This document shows positions 38,960-47,382 of a DNA stretch of 64,000 nucleotides, one piece after another (the stretch's first letter is position 1; the number at the start of each line of letters is the position of its first letter). Source of the DNA: Omnitrophica WOR_2 bacterium RIFOXYA2_FULL_38_17 (GTDB lineage: Bacteria; Omnitrophota; Gorgyraeia; Zapsychrales; Zapsychraceae); assembly GCA_001805965.1 (NCBI GenBank), contig MHHG01000073.1:18080-82079 (forward strand), given 5' to 3'. The notes under the pieces were generated by a model. The model saw only the letters and a list, made by a program, of their open reading frames with translations, had not been told where the DNA came from and ran no database searches. The translations under genes were made by a program, and so were the position numbers.

Positions 38960-41299
38960 TTAATTTATATCAACTCCCTGCCCAATCAATTTCAAATTCT
39001 CCAGCTCTTTTTTTACCGCTTCATCTTTCGGGTCTTGATTCAGGGCCTTTTGCAATTCTAACTTTGCATTTTCAATATCCCCTAAAGCTTTATAAGATAA
39101 CCCGATATTTTTGTATGCCTCAGCAAGATTTTTACCCGTGTTTAAAACCACTTTATAAGTATTCAAAGCTTCTTTTAATGCACCCTGCTCATAACAAATA
39201 TCCCCTATCTTTAAAATATCGATGGAACTGTTACGGTCCATGTTATGTGCTATCTTTAAATATTTATAAGAATCCGTGTATTGTTTGTTCTGCGCATAAG
39301 TCTTCGAAAGAAGAAAATACCACTTCGGGTCTTTTGGCCACAATTTTATCATTTCCTCATATTGCTTTATTGCCCCCTCATACTGTTTCAAGTCCACGTA
39401 TACTAAAGCAAAATTCTCCCTGAAACTTTGATCATTAGGAGAGAATATTGCCGCTTTCCTTAAATACTTAAAAGCAGCCTCAAATTTCTTATTCTTTGCA
39501 TATATTTTTCCGGTCAGGGCCAAAGCATCTGCATAATCAGGAGTGATCTCTACCGCCCTGTTAACTTCCTTCAACGCTGCCTTTCTGAAGCCTAAAGTGT
39601 CAAGCGTATAAGCCTTATAATAATTCCTGTATCCGTTCACTCTATCGTTAGCCAATTTAAAGAAATCAATATCTTCCACTTGCCACCTGCTTAGATCCAA
39701 CTCGTGTTTTTCTATAACCGCCCTGTTCTGAGGCACATCCTTTAAGAAGATAACCGCGTCATAATTCAAATAAACAAGCTTCCAATCCTTATGGTCATAT
39801 AAATAATTCAATAATTTAGGACGTATATGCTGTTTGACAGACCCTAAAAATACACCAGTTAAATTATACTGTTTTACGACCTTTTCAAAGGCCTCAAGGT
39901 CTTCACCTTTCCATATCCTGTGGTATTCCTTAAAAAACGCCCCACCATACACTTCAGTTCTTCCATCAATAAAAACCTTAATATCAGGAAAACATCTGCC
40001 AAGAAGATATGCCCCGGAATTAAAGTCATTAAAGAAATTCCCTTTTACTTTATTTTCAACAAGAAAATCAGCGCCCTTATCAGAAAAACTTCTCAGCCCT
40101 ATCCCTCCAAACTCACTCTTCCTTTCATATTTATCAAAATCATAATAACCTCTTGGCGCAACCCCGGCACAATATTGAAATATCCACGCTAAAAGAAGAA
40201 GGTTGCAAAATATCATTGTTATATACTGAAATTTCTTCTGGGTAAATCTCAGCGGAATAATTTCTTCAAATGAAAGACTGAACATATTCGTCACTAAAAC
40301 CAAATATGCAGCAAAGGCAAAATACACTGTGTTTCTTAACGCCTTGAGTGAGAAGATCAAAAAAATAATCCAAAACAGCAATGCGCTAACATCTATTCTT
40401 TTGCGGTTCAAGAAAAATGAGATGGCGGAAAAAAGCATTATGATCTTATAGAATATAAATTGACCGCCGATAAAAAGAGTATCACTTGTAATAGGTTTGG
40501 CAAGCTCCTGGATATAATCAAAGAAAACTTTATTCTCTCCCCCCAGAGAAAAGAACACGCCTATAGGATAAAAGGCTCCTTTAATAAATCCCGGATTTAT
40601 AAGACAAGCCAATAGCACAAAAACAAATATCTTCTTTAATCTGCCGAACTCATCATCAGTTAACCTTCCTGACTCATTCCACTCATATGGTAAAGGCACA
40701 TGCCTCTTTAACAGTTCTGCTGTGATTCCCAACAGAACAAATAACGGCCCGAAGAAAAAATAACCGTGCATGTTCGACCAAAGGACCTGAGCAATGAATA
40801 AAGTAAATACCGACCATCTCTTATCGATATGCAAAGCAAGAACATAAATATAGTAAACAAAGAAAAACAGGCTAAAAATATCAGGCCTTATCGTAAAGCG
40901 CTGCTGAAAAGTTAAATATGCAAGCAGAAGGAAAAATGTCGAGAATAACTGCTTATCCCTGTTGTACCCTATCAACACAAGCATGCCTAAGGTCAAGCCG
41001 GTAACTACGATCTGCATTTTTAAAAGCCCATCCGGCCCGAAATTATTGAAGAGATTATAAAGTATGACCTGAAAGAGCCATTCATGGTTCACCCAGGGTG
41101 CGCCGGCAATTGAACATGAAAGAAAATCCACGTTAGGAACATAACCGTGCTGGACAATATATTTTCCTGTCGCTAAATGCAGCCAAAGATCAAGGTCCTT
41201 AATCTCTATATTCGCGACATAAACTAAAAGCCCGAATAACGCGCCTACCGGCAATAAGCCTGCAATAAAGTGGGCTTTCTTCAATAATGAATCTCTCAT
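38960..41299 (-). CDS. Multi-TM (GT-C-like) membrane protein with central soluble domain and C-terminal TPR repeats (779 aa)
   Basis: About 11 predicted TM helices in the N-terminal 380 aa, with a first-loop acidic motif EIKDLDLW and NHEWLFQ. C-terminal TPR units (ALALTGKIYAKNKKFEAA, YKNIGLSYKALGD). Confidence 0.7.
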   Translation of the reverse strand: MRDSLLKKAHFIAGLLPVGALFGLLVYVANIEIKDLDLWLHLATGKYIVQHGYVPNVDFLSCSIAGAPWVNHEWLFQVILYNLFNNFGPDGLLKMQIVVTGLTLGMLVLIGYNRDKQLFSTFFLLLAYLTFQQRFTIRPDIFSLFFFVYYIYVLALHIDKRWSVFTLFIAQVLWSNMHGYFFFGPLFVLLGITAELLKRHVPLPYEWNESGRLTDDEFGRLKKIFVFVLLACLINPGFIKGAFYPIGVFFSLGGENKVFFDYIQELAKPITSDTLFIGGQFIFYKIIMLFSAISFFLNRKRIDVSALLFWIIFLIFSLKALRNTVYFAFAAYLVLVTNMFSLSFEEIIPLRFTQKKFQYITMIFCNLLLLAWIFQYCAGVAPRGYYDFDKYERKSEFGGIGLRSFSDKGADFLVENKVKGNFFNDFNSGAYLLGRCFPDIKVFIDGRTEVYGGAFFKEYHRIWKGEDLEAFEKVVKQYNLTGVFLGSVKQHIRPKLLNYLYDHKDWKLVYLNYDAVIFLKDVPQNRAVIEKHELDLSRWQVEDIDFFKLANDRVNGYRNYYKAYTLDTLGFRKAALKEVNRAVEITPDYADALALTGKIYAKNKKFEAAFKYLRKAAIFSPNDQSFRENFALVYVDLKQYEGAIKQYEEMIKLWPKDPKWYFLLSKTYAQNKQYTDSYKYLKIAHNMDRNSSIDILKIGDICYEQGALKEALNTYKVVLNTGKNLAEAYKNIGLSYKALGDIENAKLELQKALNQDPKDEAVKKELENLKLIGQGVDIN

Positions 41300-41341
41300 T
41301 CGCCGACCTCTCTACGATTAATTCTTATCATTAATAAGATC

Positions 41342-43366
41342 TTATTTTCCAAGCGCAGAAAGCTTGCCTTCTAATTCAACAACCTCAGGAATGCTCCTTA
41401 GCTTCCCCTGAACCATTGATAATTGCTGCCTGGATTTATCAATCTCTCCGAGGTTAAAATATGTAAGCGCCAGTAAATATCTGGTCTCAGGGTCTTTCTG
41501 GTCTAAAAGTTTTGCTACTCTGAGTTTCTTGAACGCGTTTTCAAAATCACCGTTCTCAATATCAGCTTTTCCCAAGATCACATACAAATGTGAATAATAA
41601 GGAAAATACTTCAGGGCTTCTAACGCCTCTTCTTTAGCTTTCTCAACTTCACCCATATTTAACAGAGCATATGCTCTATTGGCATACCTGTAAGGAGTTA
41701 TGTTCTTCAGTCCCAACTTTGCGATATCAAGCCTTTGAGGCTCATAATCCTTAAGATCGATCCTGAATTTATCTATTACCTGCCGATTTTTTTCAACGTC
41801 CTTAAGAAAGACCACTGCATCATAATCGAAATATACCAATACCCATTCGGGTGATCTATAAATATGTTTTACTATCTTTGCATAGGAAGGGTCATAAAGT
41901 AAATTAAGAAAGGCGCCTGTCAGATCGAATTTCTTCTGAAATCTATCAAAGGTCTCGCTATCACCCTCAATCGTCTTTCTATACAGCTGAAAGAACGTTG
42001 AACCATATACTTCAGTTCTTCCATCTATAAAGACCTTAATATTAGGGAACGTGCGCCCGATCAAATAAGCCCCTGAATTAAAATCATTAAAGATCCCGCC
42101 TTTAATATTATTCTCAACAATAAAATCTACTGCTTTCTCGGGAAAATTATGTTTTGAAACTCCTCCATATTCGCTCTTTCGTTCATACTTATCAAAATCA
42201 AAATACCCCTGCAAAGAAAATGCATCAATAGTTTTGATCATATGATTGATCATCAGCAGATTTATCAAGATCATGCAAACCAGTTTCATACGTTTACCAG
42301 AAACCACAGGCGGTATCAATTTATCATAATCAACATACTGCATATTGATGACCACAACAAAAAAAGCGACAAAGCTAAAGAAAACCATATTTCTGACAGC
42401 ATTTAGCGAAAAAAACAAAAATATCAACCATACAAACAACACGCTCAGGTCTATCTTTTTTATATTGAACAAAAAGCTTAAAGCAGAAATAACGATCAAT
42501 ATCTTGTAGTAAGGATATTCACCCGGCGAAAAAATCGTATTAAGGCTGATAGGCTTTGCTAGCTCAGTGATGTGTTCAAAAAATACTTTTGAATCCCCTG
42601 ATAAAGAGAACATAACCTTTAAAGGATAGATGAAGCCCACGATAGAATGCGGATTGACAAGGCACGATGCTGTTACTACCCAAAAAGCCAACTTAATATT
42701 TCCATATTCCTCATTATCAAGACGGCCTATATTGTTCCATTCAAAACATAGCGGGACTTTTCTCTTTATTATCTCAGACAGGATTCCTATCAAAAGCACG
42801 GCTGGCCCAAGGATGAAATACCCGTGAATATTACACCAGGCAATTTGAATGATAGCCAAAAGCCATATTGTGCTTTTCTTTTGCATTCTCGATGACAAAA
42901 AAAAGAAAAATACAGATAGAAATAAAAGGCTGAATATCTCGGGGCGGATCGTCATTCTGTTCTGAGCAACCATCAGGACCAAATACAATAAGAGCACGGG
43001 CAAAGTCAGCCGCTCGATATCAAAAACAGCAAAGAGAAAGACAAAAAATATCAAAGTAAACAAAACCACCCTTAGCATTATCAAGCCTTCAATGCCGCCA
43101 AGCTTATAAACATTGAACACTGTTATCTGGAACAGCCACTCGTGGTTACTCCACGACTTATCCTTTAATGTAGATGACAGAATGTCAACATTTGGGACTG
43201 ACCCGGTTTCGCTGATATATTTACCCACGCCTAAATGCAGCCAAAGGTCATGGTCCTTGATCTCAAGGTTTGCAGAGAATATTATCAGTCCGAACAGGAC
43301 AAGAAGCGCTATCAAGCCTGTTGAAGTATTTATTTTTTCATAAAACCATTCAGACATTTTATACAT
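41342..43366 (-). CDS. Multi-TM (GT-C-like) membrane protein with C-terminal TPR repeats; tandem paralog of 38960..41299
   Basis: Shares LEIKDHDLWLHLGVGKY...NHEWLFQ and GYFDFDKYERKSEYGG...IKVFIDGRTEVYG with its neighbour. Start moved to ATG 43366 (MYKMSEW). The ORF-track start at 43375 is a TTG inside a GC-rich hairpin repeat. Confidence 0.7.
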   Translation of the reverse strand: MYKMSEWFYEKINTSTGLIALLVLFGLIIFSANLEIKDHDLWLHLGVGKYISETGSVPNVDILSSTLKDKSWSNHEWLFQITVFNVYKLGGIEGLIMLRVVLFTLIFFVFLFAVFDIERLTLPVLLLYLVLMVAQNRMTIRPEIFSLLFLSVFFFFLSSRMQKKSTIWLLAIIQIAWCNIHGYFILGPAVLLIGILSEIIKRKVPLCFEWNNIGRLDNEEYGNIKLAFWVVTASCLVNPHSIVGFIYPLKVMFSLSGDSKVFFEHITELAKPISLNTIFSPGEYPYYKILIVISALSFLFNIKKIDLSVLFVWLIFLFFSLNAVRNMVFFSFVAFFVVVINMQYVDYDKLIPPVVSGKRMKLVCMILINLLMINHMIKTIDAFSLQGYFDFDKYERKSEYGGVSKHNFPEKAVDFIVENNIKGGIFNDFNSGAYLIGRTFPNIKVFIDGRTEVYGSTFFQLYRKTIEGDSETFDRFQKKFDLTGAFLNLLYDPSYAKIVKHIYRSPEWVLVYFDYDAVVFLKDVEKNRQVIDKFRIDLKDYEPQRLDIAKLGLKNITPYRYANRAYALLNMGEVEKAKEEALEALKYFPYYSHLYVILGKADIENGDFENAFKKLRVAKLLDQKDPETRYLLALTYFNLGEIDKSRQQLSMVQGKLRSIPEVVELEGKLSALGK

Positions 43367-43367
43367 A

Positions 43368-43390
43368 GGGGCCAAGTCTCGACTTGCCCC
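43368..43390. repeat. GC-rich hairpin repeat GGGGCCAAGTCTCGACTTGCCCC (copy 1 of 3)
   Basis: Imperfect palindrome with a CAAGTC/GACTTG stem and GGGG/CCCC clamp, between the oppF stop and the next gene start. Copies 2 and 3 are near-identical at 49138 and 49250. Confidence 0.5.
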
Positions 43391-43400
43391 ACCCCCAATA

Positions 43401-44270
43401 TTATTTTAGAAGAAAATGATTCCTGCCCATATCAACAAGACGCATTTCATCATTAAACTCTATCTTGGCACTACCCTTTACCGATCTATACTCAACAGAA
43501 GCAGCCAGCAGTTCTTTTGTATAAGGATGAAGCGGATCTTTAAAAATATCATCAGCTGATGCCAGTTCAACTATTTTTCCTTTATACATAACAGCGATCT
43601 TCTGACATATCTTCTGCACTACCTTCAAGTTATGGGATATAAACAAATATGTCAGATCATACCTCTTTCTAAGGTCCGCCAGAAGATCTACGATCTGCTT
43701 TTGTATTATAACATCCAGGGAAGAAACAGCCTCATCAAGAATCAATAATTTTGGATTAAGGACCAGCGATCTTGCAATTGCGATTCTTTGCCTTTCCCCC
43801 CCGCTAAATTCATGAGGATAACGCTCCAATATATCTCTATTCAGGTTTACTGCTGCGAACGTTTCAAATATTCTCTCTCTTCTGGTACTTTTTGAACACC
43901 ACTCTCCCTTGCCCAGGGTAAAACCCTCTTCCATAATATTCTCAATAGTGAATCGGGGATCCAGGCTGCTGTAAGGGTCCTGAAAAACCATCTGCATATT
44001 ACGGCGGGCGTGCTTTAATTTTGCAGAAGATCCCTTCGTTATATCAACGCCATTAAACAAAATACTTCCTGAATCAGATTTAAGAAGCCTCAACACAATT
44101 CGCGCCAGTGTTGTCTTACCGCATCCGGACTCACCGACAAGCCCTATGTTCTCTCCCTGATTTATGACAAGGTCCACATTATCAACAGCCTTGACACATG
44201 ACCTGTTCTCGCCAAAGACCCCTGTCTTTTGATAAAAACTCTTTTTTATGTTCTTGATCTCTAATAGCAT
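43401..44270 (-). CDS. oppF: Oligopeptide/dipeptide ABC transporter ATP-binding protein
   Basis: Walker A GESGCGKTT, signature LSGGERQR, Walker B LLILDEA, C-terminal oligopeptide-type extension. Confidence 0.85.
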   Translation of the reverse strand: MLLEIKNIKKSFYQKTGVFGENRSCVKAVDNVDLVINQGENIGLVGESGCGKTTLARIVLRLLKSDSGSILFNGVDITKGSSAKLKHARRNMQMVFQDPYSSLDPRFTIENIMEEGFTLGKGEWCSKSTRRERIFETFAAVNLNRDILERYPHEFSGGERQRIAIARSLVLNPKLLILDEAVSSLDVIIQKQIVDLLADLRKRYDLTYLFISHNLKVVQKICQKIAVMYKGKIVELASADDIFKDPLHPYTKELLAASVEYRSVKGSAKIEFNDEMRLVDMGRNHFLLK

Positions 44271-44277
44271 AATATTA

Positions 44278-45057
44278 TTAAGAACAGCTCAGTAACGCCT
44301 CGGTATATTTATCCTTGGGTGACCTCATAACTTCATCGGTTTTTCCAGTTTCAACTATTTTGCCGTTCGTCATGACGGCAATAGAATCGCAAAGATGGCT
44401 GACAACACCAAGGTCATGTGTTATTAATAAAATTGACAAGTTAAGTTTTTTATTAAGATCCTGAAACAATTCAATTATCTTTGCCTGAACAGTAACATCC
44501 AGATTGCTTGTAGGCTCGTCAGCAATTAACAGCTTTGGCTCTGTGGCTATCGCCTGAGCTATCATTGCACGCTGTCGCATACCACCGCTTAATTGGTGCG
44601 GGTAATTCTCATATATTTTATCCGGATAAGGCAAGCCAACCATATCAATAAGCTCGAGCACTTTCGCTTTTCTCTTATTAACATCTAGCCTGGTATGAAA
44701 TCTTAAAACTTCATTTATTTGCTCTCCGACCCTAAAAACAGGATTAAAAGCATACAAAGGCTCCTGAAAGACCATTCCTATCTTCTTGCCTCTTATCTCA
44801 CGCATTTTAGACCCTGAATATGTCAACAAATTGTAGCCTTCAAACAATATTTCCCCGCCATCTATTTTTAAAGCAGCTGCCAACAACCTGATGATCGACA
44901 AGCCGATCGTGGTTTTCCCGCTGCCTGACCCGCCGACAAGGCCAACAATACTGTTCTCAGCAATAGATAGGCTGACTTTATCTACAATGTTCTTGGACTG
45001 CTCTCCCTGTTTTACGCTGACTATCAGGTTCTGGATTTTTATTATTTTAGGCACCAT
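44278..45057 (-). CDS. oppD: Oligopeptide/dipeptide ABC transporter ATP-binding protein
   Basis: Walker A GGSGSGKTT, LSGGMRQR, LLIADEPTSNLD. Confidence 0.85.
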   Translation of the reverse strand: MVPKIIKIQNLIVSVKQGEQSKNIVDKVSLSIAENSIVGLVGGSGSGKTTIGLSIIRLLAAALKIDGGEILFEGYNLLTYSGSKMREIRGKKIGMVFQEPLYAFNPVFRVGEQINEVLRFHTRLDVNKRKAKVLELIDMVGLPYPDKIYENYPHQLSGGMRQRAMIAQAIATEPKLLIADEPTSNLDVTVQAKIIELFQDLNKKLNLSILLITHDLGVVSHLCDSIAVMTNGKIVETGKTDEVMRSPKDKYTEALLSCS

Positions 45058-46150
45058 CTACTTCACCCCTTAATAGCGGATCCAGGCAATCCCTTAATGT
45101 ATCGCCAACAACGTTAAAACAAATAACCGTCAGGAAGATCATAAAACCCGGCATCAATATCCATGGATGCATCTGAATGTGAGCTATCGCCATTGCATCG
45201 CTCAGCATATTTCCCCAACTTGCTATCGGGTCCTGTATGCCTAATCCTATCAAACTAAGCGCAGCCTCACCTAAAATATATCCCGGAATCGAAAGCATAA
45301 TAGCTACGATTGAATAGCTGACCGTATGTGGCAGAATATGTCGTATAATGATTTTAAGGTCAGATACACCAGCAGCTTTTGCAGCCAGCACATATTCACG
45401 CTCACGAAGTGTGATGCTCATGCCTCTTATGATCCTTGCTAAAGATGCCCACCCTATAAATGACAAAATAACAACTATTGCAAGATAAACCTGGAACGAG
45501 TTAAAGCTGTCAGGAACTGCCGAACGAAGCGCAAGCATCAAATAAAATCCCGGGACCATCATGAACATTTCGCACAGACGCATAATAATATTATCAATCT
45601 TACCCCCGTAATATCCGGCAACACCTCCGATAAGCAAACCTAAAGTAAAAGAGATCGATACGCCAATAAGCCCTATTGATAATGAAATACGTGCCCCGTA
45701 GATCAACCTGGAAAATATATCGCGCCCGCGTACATCCGCTCCCATAATGTATAAACGTCCCGGAGAATCAACTCCAAAAAGATGCCTGTCTGTTTTCAAC
45801 AGTCCTAATAATTTATATGCATCACCCTTATTGAATAGATGGAAATAACATTTAGTATTATCTTTCTCCACATAGGTCCTTTTATGATATTCATCGAAGT
45901 TAAAAGATAATTCCCTCACAAATGGCCAGCTAAATCTTCCATTCTCATCAACAAAATGCACTTTTGATAATGAAGCATAAGAATAATCCCTCGCTTCACT
46001 GTCATAAGTATACGGCGCAATAAAATCCGCGAATATCGCCCCAAAATATAAGATCCCAAGTATCGCAAGACATACTATCCCGCGCCTTGACCTTTTAAAC
46101 TCCGACAAAGCAAGAGCAAATTGACTTTTTGATTTAAATTGTTTGTTCAT
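45047..46150 (-). CDS. oppC: Oligopeptide ABC transporter permease
   Basis: Six TM helices and the ABC permease EAA-like region (AAKAAGVSDLKIIIRHILP). 367 aa with N-terminal extension, as in OppC/DppC. Confidence 0.85.
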   Translation of the reverse strand: MNKQFKSKSQFALALSEFKRSRRGIVCLAILGILYFGAIFADFIAPYTYDSEARDYSYASLSKVHFVDENGRFSWPFVRELSFNFDEYHKRTYVEKDNTKCYFHLFNKGDAYKLLGLLKTDRHLFGVDSPGRLYIMGADVRGRDIFSRLIYGARISLSIGLIGVSISFTLGLLIGGVAGYYGGKIDNIIMRLCEMFMMVPGFYLMLALRSAVPDSFNSFQVYLAIVVILSFIGWASLARIIRGMSITLREREYVLAAKAAGVSDLKIIIRHILPHTVSYSIVAIMLSIPGYILGEAALSLIGLGIQDPIASWGNMLSDAMAIAHIQMHPWILMPGFMIFLTVICFNVVGDTLRDCLDPLLRGEVDGA

Positions 46151-46163
46151 AGTGACATATAAT

Positions 46164-46268
46164 TGTTGTCTTAAGTTCGCTAATGTTAGCTAAAGTTCGC
46201 TGAGGTTAATTGTTCTTATTAAGTAAATTTTTTAACTTAAGACAACCTTTGCTAACATTAGCCAACCT
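46164..46268. repeat. Intercistronic element of 10-bp periodic repeats arranged as inverted blocks (oppC-oppB spacer)
   Basis: Forward decamers CGCTAATGTT, AGCTAAAGTT, CGCTGAGGTT. After a ~30-nt AT-rich spacer, reverse-strand units AACTTAAGAC, AACCTTTGCT, AACATTAGCC. Includes a perfect 13-nt inverted repeat GTTGTCTTAAGTT / AACTTAAGACAAC. Confidence 0.6.
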
Positions 46269-47237
46269 CTATTTATCATACCTAATTCTCGGATCACTCC
46301 AAGCCAATAAAATATCTGCGATCAAATTTCCTAATAAAAGTAAAACTCCACCCATTAACATACTCGACATAACCAAATAAACATCCTTAGCCCTTACTGC
46401 GGTAAGCATCAGCGAACCCAGTCCGGGCCAATTACAAATGATCTCAATAAGCGCCGCCCCGCCTAGTAAGCTTGATAGCTCATATCCGAACAATGTGATC
46501 AAAGGATTAATGGCATTTCTCAATGCATGGACATAAATAACCCTGTTTTCAGGCAGACCCTTCGCCCTTGCGGTCAAAATATATTGCTGCCTCAAAGTCT
46601 CTAAAAAGTTACCTCTCATGATCCTCTGAAGACTGGCAATAGAACCCAAAGATATCACAACCGTTGGGATGATCAAGTGCCTCAGAAGATCTATTATTTT
46701 TCCCATAAAAGTCAGATCATCAAAATTAGCGCTGTACATCCCTCCCAACGGGAAAATGCCGCTTCGGCTTGCAAAGAAAAGCAGCAACATAGCAAGGAAA
46801 AAACTGGGGATAGATAGGCAGATAAATGAAACCATCGATAATGTTTTATCAATAATACGATTACGATTCACTGCAGCTAAAATACCCAATGGTATCGCAA
46901 CTGCCCATGTCAAGACCATGCTGGCAAAGGATAAAATAAAAGTATTAAATAACCGTCCTGAAAGTATCTTTGAAACCGGCACATTGTAAAAGAATGAATA
47001 CCCGAATTCCAGATGAACGATATTTTTTAGCCAATGCAAATACTGCTGAAGCAAAGGCTTATCGAGCTGATACAGCTCTTCGTACCTAGCCAGAGTCTCT
47101 TCAGATATCTGCGGGTCCATTCTCAATGTATCAAAAAAGTTGCCTGGAGTTATATGCATCAAATAAAATGTAAGCAGGCTCATCACAAGCAGCAATGGAA
47201 TAGAAACTAAGATTCTTTTAATAATGTATTTAAACAT
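46269..47237 (-). CDS. oppB: Oligopeptide ABC transporter permease
   Basis: ABC permease with 6 TM helices and the conserved loop TARAKGLPENRVIYVHALRNA. 322 aa. Confidence 0.85.
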   Translation of the reverse strand: MFKYIIKRILVSIPLLLVMSLLTFYLMHITPGNFFDTLRMDPQISEETLARYEELYQLDKPLLQQYLHWLKNIVHLEFGYSFFYNVPVSKILSGRLFNTFILSFASMVLTWAVAIPLGILAAVNRNRIIDKTLSMVSFICLSIPSFFLAMLLLFFASRSGIFPLGGMYSANFDDLTFMGKIIDLLRHLIIPTVVISLGSIASLQRIMRGNFLETLRQQYILTARAKGLPENRVIYVHALRNAINPLITLFGYELSSLLGGAALIEIICNWPGLGSLMLTAVRAKDVYLVMSSMLMGGVLLLLGNLIADILLAWSDPRIRYDK

Positions 47238-47265
47238 AATTTATTGATCTAAAAATAAACTTATA

Positions 47266-47382
47266 ATGTTAGCAGAGGTTAGCTAAGGTTTGCTTATGTT
47301 CGCTTAGGTTAATTAGTCATGTTTAAGCAAATCTTTAACCTAAGCCAACCTTTTCCAACTTTAGCCAACATAAGCCAACCTG
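47266..47382. repeat. Second copy of the 10-bp periodic inverted repeat-block element (oppB-oppA spacer)
   Basis: Four tandem forward decamers AGCAGAGGTT, AGCTAAGGTT, TGCTTATGTT, CGCTTAGGTT. After a 30-nt spacer, four reverse-strand decamers AACCTAAGCC, AACCTTTTCC, AACTTTAGCC, AACATAAGCC. Same unit consensus nGCTnAnGTT as the 46164 element. Confidence 0.6.

Noticed and set aside
43367-43375. ORF-track start of the 41342..43375 gene (MAP...)
   Set aside because: The first codon is TTG located inside the GC-rich hairpin repeat. An ATG 9 nt downstream (MYKMSEW) is more plausible.
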